NCBI GenBank assembly: GCA_041690135.1
Contig: JAWLHY010000016.1
Span: 125,906 to 189,905, forward strand
Direction: 5' to 3'
Origin: Armatimonadota bacterium
GTDB lineage: Bacteria > Armatimonadota > SYMT01
Length of the DNA: 64,000 nucleotides
This document shows positions 7,418-15,693 of the stretch, in pieces; position 1 is the stretch's first letter; every line of letters begins with the position of its first letter. The translations under genes and the position numbers were made by a program. The notes under the pieces are model-generated. The model had not been told where the DNA came from. It did not search any database and worked only from the letters and a program-made list of their open reading frames with translations.

Positions 7418-9739
7418 CTAACCTTCCGGAGCGCCATTCGCCGGTTTCACCGCCTGGGTAGATACTTCGGCTCCAACCGGATTTGGGGTCGCCGGTCGGG
7501 CGGGTACTGCCGGCTTTTCGGGCTTCTCCGGCTTGCCGAACTCAACTTCGATCGTGGTGTGCCCCAGGTAAAGGCCCCCCTGGTACACCGCAAGGGAAAG
7601 GACCTGGGGGCCCGGCGTGCGACACGTCAGCGCGTAACGCGTCTGGCCCTCCAGGATCTCTGCCGCGTGAACGGGCAACTGCAACTGGCGCATCGGCCCG
7701 CCGCCGCCGATGCGAATAGTATCGGAAGCGATCATGAAGAAGTTCAGCTTCAGTACGGAAACGCCATGTTCGGGCCTCCGGCAGTAGATCTTCAGGCCTT
7801 CGCCCGATGGTCCGACGCGCACGTCCAATTCCGCGGGCTTCCCGGCGACCGGGGGGTGAGCCCAGTTCGTCTCCACGATCAGCTCCCACTGCTCATCCGA
7901 GGGACGGTTAGCATGGGTCTCCACCGGCGCGGGTTTCGCCAGCGCTTCCGCAAACTGGCGGTCTCCGTCAATCCGGATCACCGCGCCGGTGGGGCAACTC
8001 TGCACGCATGCCTGCTGAGGACGTCCGTGGCACAGGTCGCACTTCACCGGATAGTTCTTGCCGGATTTGCTCTCCGAGCCGGTTGAGCCTTCGCCACCGG
8101 CCTTCCGGAACATGCGGAGGACCTGCTGCACCAGCGAGAGGGGCTCCTGCTGGCGCACCTGGTCGGCCGGTACGATCTGGATGCTTCCATACGGGCAGCC
8201 CTGGCTGGGGTCCGCGCACTTACCGCACCGGATACACCGATCGTACTCGATGAACACCGCTCCCGAACCCGCCTCGCGCTGGAGAGCGTGCGTGGGACAA
8301 ACCTCCGCACACAGCGCAAACTCGCAGTGCTGGCAGGAGTGCGACAGCCGCACCTGGGGCAGCACGTCCTCGTCCTGGCGCATGTTGTCCCAGAGGAACC
8401 GGTTCAGGCCGTCCGGATGTACCTCCTGGCAGGCTGTCACGCAGTTGTTGCACCGGATGCAATCGTCCATGCGGACACCCAGCACCCAGTTGCCGGCGAT
8501 GTGCTGGGTTTCCATCATCCAACCCAGGCGGACGGCCCGCTGCGCATCGTCCTCCAGTTGTTCATTCATCACACGTCGCTGGCGGGTCATCGACACCAGC
8601 TTCTTGCGGACGTCGGCGTGACGCGCGACGATGTCCTGAAAGTCGGCCGCCGGAATGCGAATGGCATCCACCCGCTGGAGGGCGGCCACGGTCTGCCCGC
8701 GCCGGCCCGTCTCTCCGGGTTCGGGGAGGAGGGCCATCTCCCCCACCGTCTCTCCGGTCCGCACCCAGGCGATGGGACGGGGGCCGCGAGCGGTTTCCTC
8801 GACCACCAGCATCGTGCCGTTCAGCACGACATAGAGTGCGTCCGCCTCCTGGCCCTGGAAAAAGATCGGCTCGTACGGCTCAAAGCTCTCGAGCGTGCCG
8901 ATGTCCCGGATGGACTCGAGCTCCGCGACCTCCAACCCGCCGAAGAACGAGGTCTTGCGGAGTTGCCCGATCATCGCGTTCTGGCGGTAACGCTCCTCCA
9001 CCAGCGTCTTGAAGATCTTACTCTTCTTCCGGAGCTCGGCCACCGCGGAGCGGTCGCACTCCAGCACCAGGCAGTCGCCGCGCGCGGTGATGGTGGCGCT
9101 GCGGGTCTGGTAGGCGAGTACGGCGATCTCACCGAAGAAGTCGCCCCGCCTGGCCACAGGGTGGGGACCGCCCGCAATGTGAATCTCCGCCTCGCCTTCC
9201 AGGACGAAGAACATCGTGCCGCCGTACTCCCCTTCGCGCACGATCGCCTCACCGTCCCGGTAGAGACGACAGGAGGATTCGCGAAGTACCTTTTCGAGGC
9301 TCTCCACGGGCAGGTCGGCGATCGGTCCGAGGCCAGCGACGAGGGGGCTATAGAAGTCGACGCTGAAGCGGTTGGGCACTCCGCACAGGAGGGCGAGCAG
9401 TTGCGGTTTGCACTCCAGGACGGCACTGCGCTGCCGCGCAACCAGCTTCTCGGAGAAAGGCTGACCACGAAGTCCGCTCCACTGACCGTAAATCCGGGTG
9501 GGCGGGACATCAGCGCCGGGCGGGGCCTGGTCGGCAGGGTGTACGAGGCCCGTCAAAACGATATAGGCCCCGCGGAGCGTCTCGGGGTCCGAGAGGACTT
9601 CCCCCGGCACCAGTTGCCAGCACCGTGCCTGCTCCAGTGCCTGGCGGTACCGGTGCGCATCGGGAAGCTGGAGGAGTTCGGCAAAGAACTCGCTTTCTTC
9701 AAGGGCGGCTTGCAAGGGAGTGCGACCCGAAACACTCAT
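7418..9739 (-). CDS. Tandem cyclic nucleotide-binding domains fused to a DmsB/NrfC-type 4x[4Fe-4S] domain and a C-terminal beta-sandwich
   Basis: FFGEIAVL..RSAT and VGEMALL cNMP cassettes plus one degenerate N-terminal copy; CIRCNNCVTAC, CQHCEFALCAEVCP, CIRCGKC..CP, CDLC..CVQSCP. Confidence 0.9.
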   Translation of the reverse strand: MSVSGRTPLQAALEESEFFAELLQLPDAHRYRQALEQARCWQLVPGEVLSDPETLRGAYIVLTGLVHPADQAPPGADVPPTRIYGQWSGLRGQPFSEKLVARQRSAVLECKPQLLALLCGVPNRFSVDFYSPLVAGLGPIADLPVESLEKVLRESSCRLYRDGEAIVREGEYGGTMFFVLEGEAEIHIAGGPHPVARRGDFFGEIAVLAYQTRSATITARGDCLVLECDRSAVAELRKKSKIFKTLVEERYRQNAMIGQLRKTSFFGGLEVAELESIRDIGTLESFEPYEPIFFQGQEADALYVVLNGTMLVVEETARGPRPIAWVRTGETVGEMALLPEPGETGRRGQTVAALQRVDAIRIPAADFQDIVARHADVRKKLVSMTRQRRVMNEQLEDDAQRAVRLGWMMETQHIAGNWVLGVRMDDCIRCNNCVTACQEVHPDGLNRFLWDNMRQDEDVLPQVRLSHSCQHCEFALCAEVCPTHALQREAGSGAVFIEYDRCIRCGKCADPSQGCPYGSIQIVPADQVRQQEPLSLVQQVLRMFRKAGGEGSTGSESKSGKNYPVKCDLCHGRPQQACVQSCPTGAVIRIDGDRQFAEALAKPAPVETHANRPSDEQWELIVETNWAHPPVAGKPAELDVRVGPSGEGLKIYCRRPEHGVSVLKLNFFMIASDTIRIGGGGPMRQLQLPVHAAEILEGQTRYALTCRTPGPQVLSLAVYQGGLYLGHTTIEVEFGKPEKPEKPAVPARPATPNPVGAEVSTQAVKPANGAPEG

Positions 9740-9752
9740 GAAACACCACTAT

Positions 9753-10307
9753 CTAGAAGGACCACTCTGTGAATAGTCGGCGCCGGAGCTCATCCAGATC
9801 CGCCGCCTGGGTAGATGTTCGGCGGACCTCCGGGAGTTCCGTGACCTGCTCCACCGCGAGTGCGGTCAACTCCCGCCCGGCCAACTCCAACCGGCGGGCG
9901 AGTACCTGGGCCGCCGCCAGAACAAACTTGTGGGTCCAGGTATCCACGCGCCGCAGGCCCGTTTGGAAGGCCGGCTGCGATATCCGCCAGAGGACGGCCG
10001 GCTCCTCGACCGTGGCGGTCGCGGTCCGCGGGGTGTCCAGCAGCAGGCCGATTTCCCCAAAGATCGCCCCGGCCGCCAGCTGCGCCACGTCCCTTTCACC
10101 TGCCCCGGGTCCGGCCATGCGAATCCGCACCTTTCCCGAGACCAGCAGATAAACCGAATCCCCCGGATCACCCTGGCGGAATAGGACCTCACCCGCTGGG
10201 AGGCGGATTTCCTCCAGCAGACCGGCCACCACTCCCGCTTCCCAATCCTGCAATTCCTGGAAGCAGCGGAACTGGCGAACCGCCTCAATACTGATTTCGG
10301 TTCCCAT
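9753..10307 (-). CDS. Stand-alone cyclic nucleotide-binding domain protein (no HTH)
   Basis: LFRQGDPGDSVYLLVSGKV and IFGEIGLLLDTPRTAT; helical C-terminus. Confidence 0.9.
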   Translation of the reverse strand: MGTEISIEAVRQFRCFQELQDWEAGVVAGLLEEIRLPAGEVLFRQGDPGDSVYLLVSGKVRIRMAGPGAGERDVAQLAAGAIFGEIGLLLDTPRTATATVEEPAVLWRISQPAFQTGLRRVDTWTHKFVLAAAQVLARRLELAGRELTALAVEQVTELPEVRRTSTQAADLDELRRRLFTEWSF

Positions 10308-10314
10308 GGCCCTC

Positions 10315-11550
10315 CTAAACTCCTCGCAGCACGGTCGCCTTAGCCACGCGCCCCAGGCCGACCACGAACGCCGCCTGTCGCCACGAGAGATTCCGCTGGC
10401 GAGCCACGTCGCGGACCGTGCCGTAGCTCGTGGTCATGATCTGCCGGAGGCGTTGGTTCACTTCTTCTTCCGTCCAGCGGAAGCATTGGATGTTCTGCGT
10501 CCACTCGAAGTAGCTCACGGTGACGCCCCCGGCGTTCGCGAGGATATCCGGAATCACCGGAATCCCTCTCCCCACCAGAATCTCGTCCGCTTCGGGCTCG
10601 GTAGGTGCATTGGCGGCCTCGATGACGGCTCCCGCGCGCATTTCGCGGGCGATGTCTTCGGTGATCACGTCTCCCAGGGCCGCGGGAATTAGCAGGTCCA
10701 CCTCCAGCGTCAGAAGCTCCTCCTGGGTGATTCGCGAAACTCCTTCCGCCTGGTATTGGGAGAGCGGCCGGCGTTGCCGGGCATAACCAGCGAGGGTGGG
10801 AATATCGAGACCGTCCCGGTGGTAGATCGCCCCGCTCACGTCGCTGACGGCAACAATTTTCGCTCCGGCCGCATGGGCGATCTGCGCGGCAAAGGAGCCG
10901 ACGTTCCCAAACCCCTGGATGGCCAATGTCGCGCCGGCCAGGGAGCGGCCGAGGTCGCGCAGGTACTCCTCCGCAATACAGATCACACCACGGCCGGTGG
11001 CGGCTTCGCGCCCCTCACTCCCATGGAGCTCCAGGGGCTTCCCCGTCACCACTGCCGGCGAAAAGCCGTTCAGCTTGGAGTACTCGTCCATGATCCAGGC
11101 CATCACCTGCGCGTTCGTGTTCACATCCGGCGCGGGGATGTCGCGCTGGGGGCCGATTTCCTGACTGATCCGCTGGACGAACTTCCGCGTCACCCGCTCC
11201 AGCTCGCCGTGCGACAACTCGTCCGGGTTGCAGGAGATCCCGCCCTTCGCTCCACCGTAGGGGATATTCACGACCGCCGTCTTCCAGGTCATCAGGGAGG
11301 CGAGTGACCGCACGTCATCTTCGTCCACGGTCGGATGATAGCGAAGCCCGCCCTTCATCGGTCCCCGGGCGGAGTTGTGTTGGATGCGGTATCCCGAAAA
11401 CACCGCCAGTTCCCCGTTGTCCAGCTCCACGGGAACACTCACGATGTGCTCGGCTTCGGGCGTCAACAGCAGCCGCTCCACCCTCGAGCCGAGGTGCATG
11501 ATCCGTGCGGCCTGACGAATGTAGTAGTTGGTTGCCTCGGATGCCTTCAT
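10315..11550 (-). CDS. gdhA: Glutamate dehydrogenase (Glu/Leu/Phe/Val dehydrogenase family)
   Basis: RGPMKGGLRYHP, MTWK, GGAKGG, DIPAPD, GREAATGRG, IQGFGNVG, NAGGVTVSYFEW; GGAGG RBS before ATG 11550. Confidence 0.95.
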   Translation of the reverse strand: MKASEATNYYIRQAARIMHLGSRVERLLLTPEAEHIVSVPVELDNGELAVFSGYRIQHNSARGPMKGGLRYHPTVDEDDVRSLASLMTWKTAVVNIPYGGAKGGISCNPDELSHGELERVTRKFVQRISQEIGPQRDIPAPDVNTNAQVMAWIMDEYSKLNGFSPAVVTGKPLELHGSEGREAATGRGVICIAEEYLRDLGRSLAGATLAIQGFGNVGSFAAQIAHAAGAKIVAVSDVSGAIYHRDGLDIPTLAGYARQRRPLSQYQAEGVSRITQEELLTLEVDLLIPAALGDVITEDIAREMRAGAVIEAANAPTEPEADEILVGRGIPVIPDILANAGGVTVSYFEWTQNIQCFRWTEEEVNQRLRQIMTTSYGTVRDVARQRNLSWRQAAFVVGLGRVAKATVLRGV

Positions 11551-11678
11551 CTCCCCCTCCTGTGGCCGGTCTCTTGTTCTACCCGGAAGGTTGGTTGCAC
11601 CTCCGCTTCCGCTCATTTCAATCTTTAGTTTGCATTCCTCTCGTCATCGCGCCGTTTCGCGTGCTTAAATAAGGTGAC

Positions 11679-12371
11679 ATGATCGCTTATCTTCGCGGGA
11701 TCATCCGGCACCTGGACGACACGTCGGTCGTGTTGGACGCAGGCGGAGTCGGATACGAAATTCTCCTCCCCACCATCGAGGCTAAGGCCTTGCGGTCGCG
11801 CGTGTTGCGCGAAAGCGCGGCACCCGCAGCCGCGGAATCGGACGGCAGCAGTGCGGGGAGCGCGCCCGCGTCCGCCGTCGTCGAAGCCGAGACGGCGATG
11901 TGGATCTATTACCACGTCGCCGAACGCCAGCCGCGGCCGTTGCTGATCGGCTTCCATCAGCGGGATGACCGGGAGTTCTTCCAACTCCTGCTTTCGGTCT
12001 CCGATATCGGACCGGCCGTAGCCGCCCGCTCGATGACCATCCCTGTTTGCGACTACGCGGATGCCATCGAACGGCGAGACGTGCGCACGCTGGGGACGCT
12101 GCCGGGAATAGGCAAGCGGAAGGCGGAGCAGATCGTGGCCACGCTGAAGGGGAAGGCGCTGCGGTTCGCCCTGCTTCCGGCGCCGGAGATCTCCGAACCG
12201 GAGACGCCGGTTGCGGACTTTGCGGCCGATGCCGCGGCGGTCCTCGAGAATATGGGGCACCGGCCGGCGGAAGCGCACCGAATGATTCAAGCCGCGCAGG
12301 AACGACGTCCCGATATCTCGGACGTCCAGGGCTTACTTGAGGAAGTCTGGCGAGAGAGGCAAACGCAATGA
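11679..12371 (+). CDS. ruvA: Holliday junction branch migration protein RuvA
   Basis: MIAYLRG..GGVGYE N-terminus; HhH motif LPGIGKRKAEQI; overlaps ruvB start. Confidence 0.92.
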   Translation: MIAYLRGIIRHLDDTSVVLDAGGVGYEILLPTIEAKALRSRVLRESAAPAAAESDGSSAGSAPASAVVEAETAMWIYYHVAERQPRPLLIGFHQRDDREFFQLLLSVSDIGPAVAARSMTIPVCDYADAIERRDVRTLGTLPGIGKRKAEQIVATLKGKALRFALLPAPEISEPETPVADFAADAAAVLENMGHRPAEAHRMIQAAQERRPDISDVQGLLEEVWRERQTQ

Positions 12372-13405
12372 GAGAGCGATTGGTGGGCGGTTCCGAGCTT
12401 CCGGGCGAAGAGCGCGTGATGGCTTCCCTGCGCCCCCGGGCGCTGGAAGAGTACATCGGCCAACAACAAGTGATCCGGCCTTTGCGCATCGCCATCGAGG
12501 CCGCGCGTCGCCGGTCGGAACCGCTGGACCATGTTCTCCTGCACGGACCCCCGGGTCTGGGCAAGACGACTCTGGCCCACATCATCCGCCAGGAGATGGG
12601 CGTGGAGATCAAGTCCGCCATCGGGCCGGCCCTGAAACGCCCCACGGACCTGATGGGTCTGCTGACGACGCTCGGCGCGGGGGACGTCTTCTTCATCGAC
12701 GAGATCCACCGGCTGGACGCTGCCTTCGAAGAATACCTCTATCCGGCGATGGAGGATTTCTCCATCGACTTTACGCTCGACAAAGGCGCCAATGCGCGGG
12801 TGATCAATTATCCGCTCCGCCGGTTCACCCTGGTCGGAGCGACGACAATGACGGGACTGCTTTCCGGTCCGCTGCGAGGTCGCTTCGGGCTTACCTACCA
12901 TCTCGACTACTACCATCCGGACGATCTGAAGACCATCATCCTGCGATCGGCGTCCATCCTGGAAGTGCCGATCGAAGAGAGCGGCGCCGAGGAGATCGCC
13001 CGGCGCTCCCGCGGAACTCCCCGCATCGCGAACCGGTTGCTCCGGCGGGTTCGGGACTACGCGGAGGTGGAGGGCAATGGGGTTGTAAATGCGGCCGCGG
13101 CGGATGCGGCCCTGAAGCTGGAAGGCATCGACAACCTGGGGCTGGACCGGCTCGATCGCGAATTGCTGCGGGTGATCATCGAGACCTACCAGGGCGGTCC
13201 GGTCGGGATCGAGGCCCTGGCGGCCACGCTCAATGAAGAACAGAGCACGCTCGTCGAGGTCGTGGAGCCGTATCTGCTCAAGATCGGCTTCCTGGCTCGC
13301 ACGCCCAGCGGACGACGCGCGACGCCGCTCGCCTACTCCCACATGGGCATTCCCATGACCGGCGGCGGAGGCGCCGGTGGACGCCAGGGCAACCTGAGCC
13401 TTTAG
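12368..13405 (+). CDS. ruvB: Holliday junction branch migration helicase RuvB
   Basis: LRP..L.EYIGQ, GPPGLGKTT, FIDEIHRL, YPAMEDF, RGTPRIANRLL, GGPVG. Confidence 0.98.
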   Translation: MRERLVGGSELPGEERVMASLRPRALEEYIGQQQVIRPLRIAIEAARRRSEPLDHVLLHGPPGLGKTTLAHIIRQEMGVEIKSAIGPALKRPTDLMGLLTTLGAGDVFFIDEIHRLDAAFEEYLYPAMEDFSIDFTLDKGANARVINYPLRRFTLVGATTMTGLLSGPLRGRFGLTYHLDYYHPDDLKTIILRSASILEVPIEESGAEEIARRSRGTPRIANRLLRRVRDYAEVEGNGVVNAAAADAALKLEGIDNLGLDRLDRELLRVIIETYQGGPVGIEALAATLNEEQSTLVEVVEPYLLKIGFLARTPSGRRATPLAYSHMGIPMTGGGGAGGRQGNLSL

Positions 13406-13413
13406 ACCGGCTC

Positions 13414-13728
13414 TTACACGTATCCGGGCGGTAGGCTGCCCAGCCCGGCATTCACCGGCAGGAGGTAGATGGCGGTTTGGAGGCCATCGGGCGAGCATTC
13501 CGTCTCGAGCCGGAGGTTCCCCTCCCGGACGAGACGGTTCACCGACGCTTTGATCTCCTCCACGGTGAAGGTGGCGCCGAACTGCTGCATGAAGACGCTG
13601 AGCACCGGCGGACTGTAGGCCCGCCCCGGACCATCCGTGGCCCAGCGTCGCGCGGCGGCGTCCTGTCTGGTGATTGCCGCCAGCAGGAGCTCATCCAGGG
13701 CTGTTTCGAGAGGCGTGCGCACGTCCAC
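13414..13728 (-). CDS. Small hypothetical protein, possibly winged-helix-like
   Basis: GTG at 13728 after purine-rich RBS, 10 bp downstream of the receiver gene; FTVEEIKASVNRLVREGNLRLE. Confidence 0.5.
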   Translation of the reverse strand: MDVRTPLETALDELLLAAITRQDAAARRWATDGPGRAYSPPVLSVFMQQFGATFTVEEIKASVNRLVREGNLRLETECSPDGLQTAIYLLPVNAGLGSLPPGYV

Positions 13729-13738
13729 GATTCCCCCC

Positions 13739-14167
13739 CTACCCACGTGCGGCCAGTTCGGCCAGGGTCTGCTCCAGGGCGCCAAGCGCGACCGGCTTGA
13801 CGAAGTAACGCTCGAAGCCGGCTCGGTCGGCCCGTTGAAGAGCATCGGCACCGCTGAAGCCACTCATGGCGAGAGCTGGGATTGTTTCCCAACCGGAACG
13901 CGCTCGTAGTTCTTCCAGGAGGTCGCAACCATTGCCGTCCGGAAGTCCGATATCGGACAGGATCACATCCGGCGGCTCCGTGACCGCTCGCGCCCCGGCG
14001 GCATCGGCCACCGCCAACACCATGTGGCCCATCACCTCCAGGATCTCGGTGATCGTCCAACGTGCGTCGGCAAAGTCCTCGATCAGGAGAATGCGTAGCG
14101 ACGCCGGTCGGACGTCCGTCGCCCGTTTGATATCCGGCTGCCCCGACCCCAACGACACCATGGTCAT
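13739..14167 (-). CDS. Single-domain response regulator (receiver)
   Basis: ILLIED, PDVILSDIGLPDGNG (phospho-Asp), ALAMSG, YFVKPV. Confidence 0.9.
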   Translation of the reverse strand: MTMVSLGSGQPDIKRATDVRPASLRILLIEDFADARWTITEILEVMGHMVLAVADAAGARAVTEPPDVILSDIGLPDGNGCDLLEELRARSGWETIPALAMSGFSGADALQRADRAGFERYFVKPVALGALEQTLAELAARG

Positions 14168-14345
14168 GGCCCCTGCTCCTGTCCCGTTTCCCTACTTTAC
14201 TTGCGCTGCTTTCTCCTCGAAGCCTCCGCTAGTGGGGCGGCGACCGACCGAGGGCAATGCAACTTATGTAGCTCTACCCCTACCGGCGGGGGTACAAACA
14301 GGCGTGGGTGTCAAGAAGTGTACATGAGCCAGGCACGGAGTGAGA

Positions 14346-15545
14346 TCAGCGCTCGAAAGAAAGCGGAGACTCAGAACGAATGTTGGCCACCCGCAGGTGC
14401 CGCTGGCCGCTCAGGATCTCCGTCAGCGGCTCGCGGAGGATGGCGCCGCGCCAGCCGGTAAATACGAATGGCTCCTCCGCCTCGGTGCGCGAGAGACACC
14501 AGCGGACGACTTCCTGAAGATCCGCGTTGGTGGCCAGGAGGGCTGGGTCGACCTTGTGCTCGGCCGCCAGGTTGTTGGCGGCCAGCGCCAGAATCTGGGT
14601 GAGCAGACCGAGTTGGGGCGGATCGTCGCGGCGCAGTGATGCCGGGAGTTCAGTGTCCGGAAGTTGGAGCGCCCTCTGGACGGCTCCCACAATCTGGCCG
14701 CCCAGGTGCCGGACGGAACCGCGGTCCATACCGCGCAGTTCGTACAGGCTGGCTTGGGTCGCGGGCTTCCGGCGGGCCACTTCCGTGAGGAGCTCATCCT
14801 TCATCACGCGGCGGGGCGGTATGTTCTCATCCCGCGCTTGCTGGTCACGCCAGCGCCATAGTTCCCGCAGCACGGCCAGCTCCCGCCGGTTCATATTCGT
14901 GCTGCCGGGGACTTTCCACCAGCGCTCTTCCTGCTCCGCCGCCACGATCCGCTCGGCGGAGCGCCGGCATTCCGCCTCGATCCAATGGATCCGATCCTCC
15001 CCGCCTCCCGGCGCATGCAGGTTGCGGGCCTCGTCCAGGAGACTGCGACGCACAGCCAGCAGGTAGCGGACATCGTCGGCGGCGTACTCGATCTGGCGAG
15101 CAGTGAGCGGACGTTTGCGCCAGTCCGTGAACGTCTCGCTCCCGCTAAGCTGCACGCCCAACACCTTACGGACCAGATTCGTGTGGCTAAGGGGATAGCC
15201 GCATCCCACGAGGCCGGCGGCGATCTGCACATCCATCAACCGCTCGGGGATCCGGCCGGCATAGCGAAGACAAAACCGGAGCTCTTCGCGCGCGGCCAGC
15301 ACCACCAACTCGCGCGCCGGGTCGGTCATTACCTTCCACAGGCCGTGCAGGTCGGCCACCGCGAGTGGGTCGACGATCCAGATCCCTTCTTCCGTGGCGA
15401 TCTGAATCAGGCAGAGGTAGGGTTCGTAGGTCCCTTCCCCAATGAATTCCGTATCCATCGCCACTTCCCCGGCGCGTTCCAGGGCGGCAATGAGCGGGGT
15501 TAGTTGCTGGCGAGTGCTGACGTACTCGAGCGGGCGGTCCGGCAT
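14346..15545 (-). CDS. rnd: Ribonuclease D (3'-5' exonuclease + HRDC)
   Basis: AMDTEF, LCLIQIA, DWRKRPL..QIEYAADDV, HRDC LWRWRDQQARDENIPP. Confidence 0.92.
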   Translation of the reverse strand: MPDRPLEYVSTRQQLTPLIAALERAGEVAMDTEFIGEGTYEPYLCLIQIATEEGIWIVDPLAVADLHGLWKVMTDPARELVVLAAREELRFCLRYAGRIPERLMDVQIAAGLVGCGYPLSHTNLVRKVLGVQLSGSETFTDWRKRPLTARQIEYAADDVRYLLAVRRSLLDEARNLHAPGGGEDRIHWIEAECRRSAERIVAAEQEERWWKVPGSTNMNRRELAVLRELWRWRDQQARDENIPPRRVMKDELLTEVARRKPATQASLYELRGMDRGSVRHLGGQIVGAVQRALQLPDTELPASLRRDDPPQLGLLTQILALAANNLAAEHKVDPALLATNADLQEVVRWCLSRTEAEEPFVFTGWRGAILREPLTEILSGQRHLRVANIRSESPLSFER

Positions 15546-15693
15546 AGTGAATGACTGTTCTGAGGCTGGAAGCCGGCGAGAGCACACCTACCGGTGATCT
15601 CGCTCCTTCCGCGACCATTGATCTGCGAGAAAGTTGTTGCGTTTTGCTTCCCCATTGTACCACTCCTCGCCGCTCCCGTCCCGAAGCGGAAAG

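Noticed and set aside
11679-13405. ruvAB without an adjacent ruvC
   Set aside because: Separation of the resolvase gene from ruvAB is common; it may lie elsewhere in the genome
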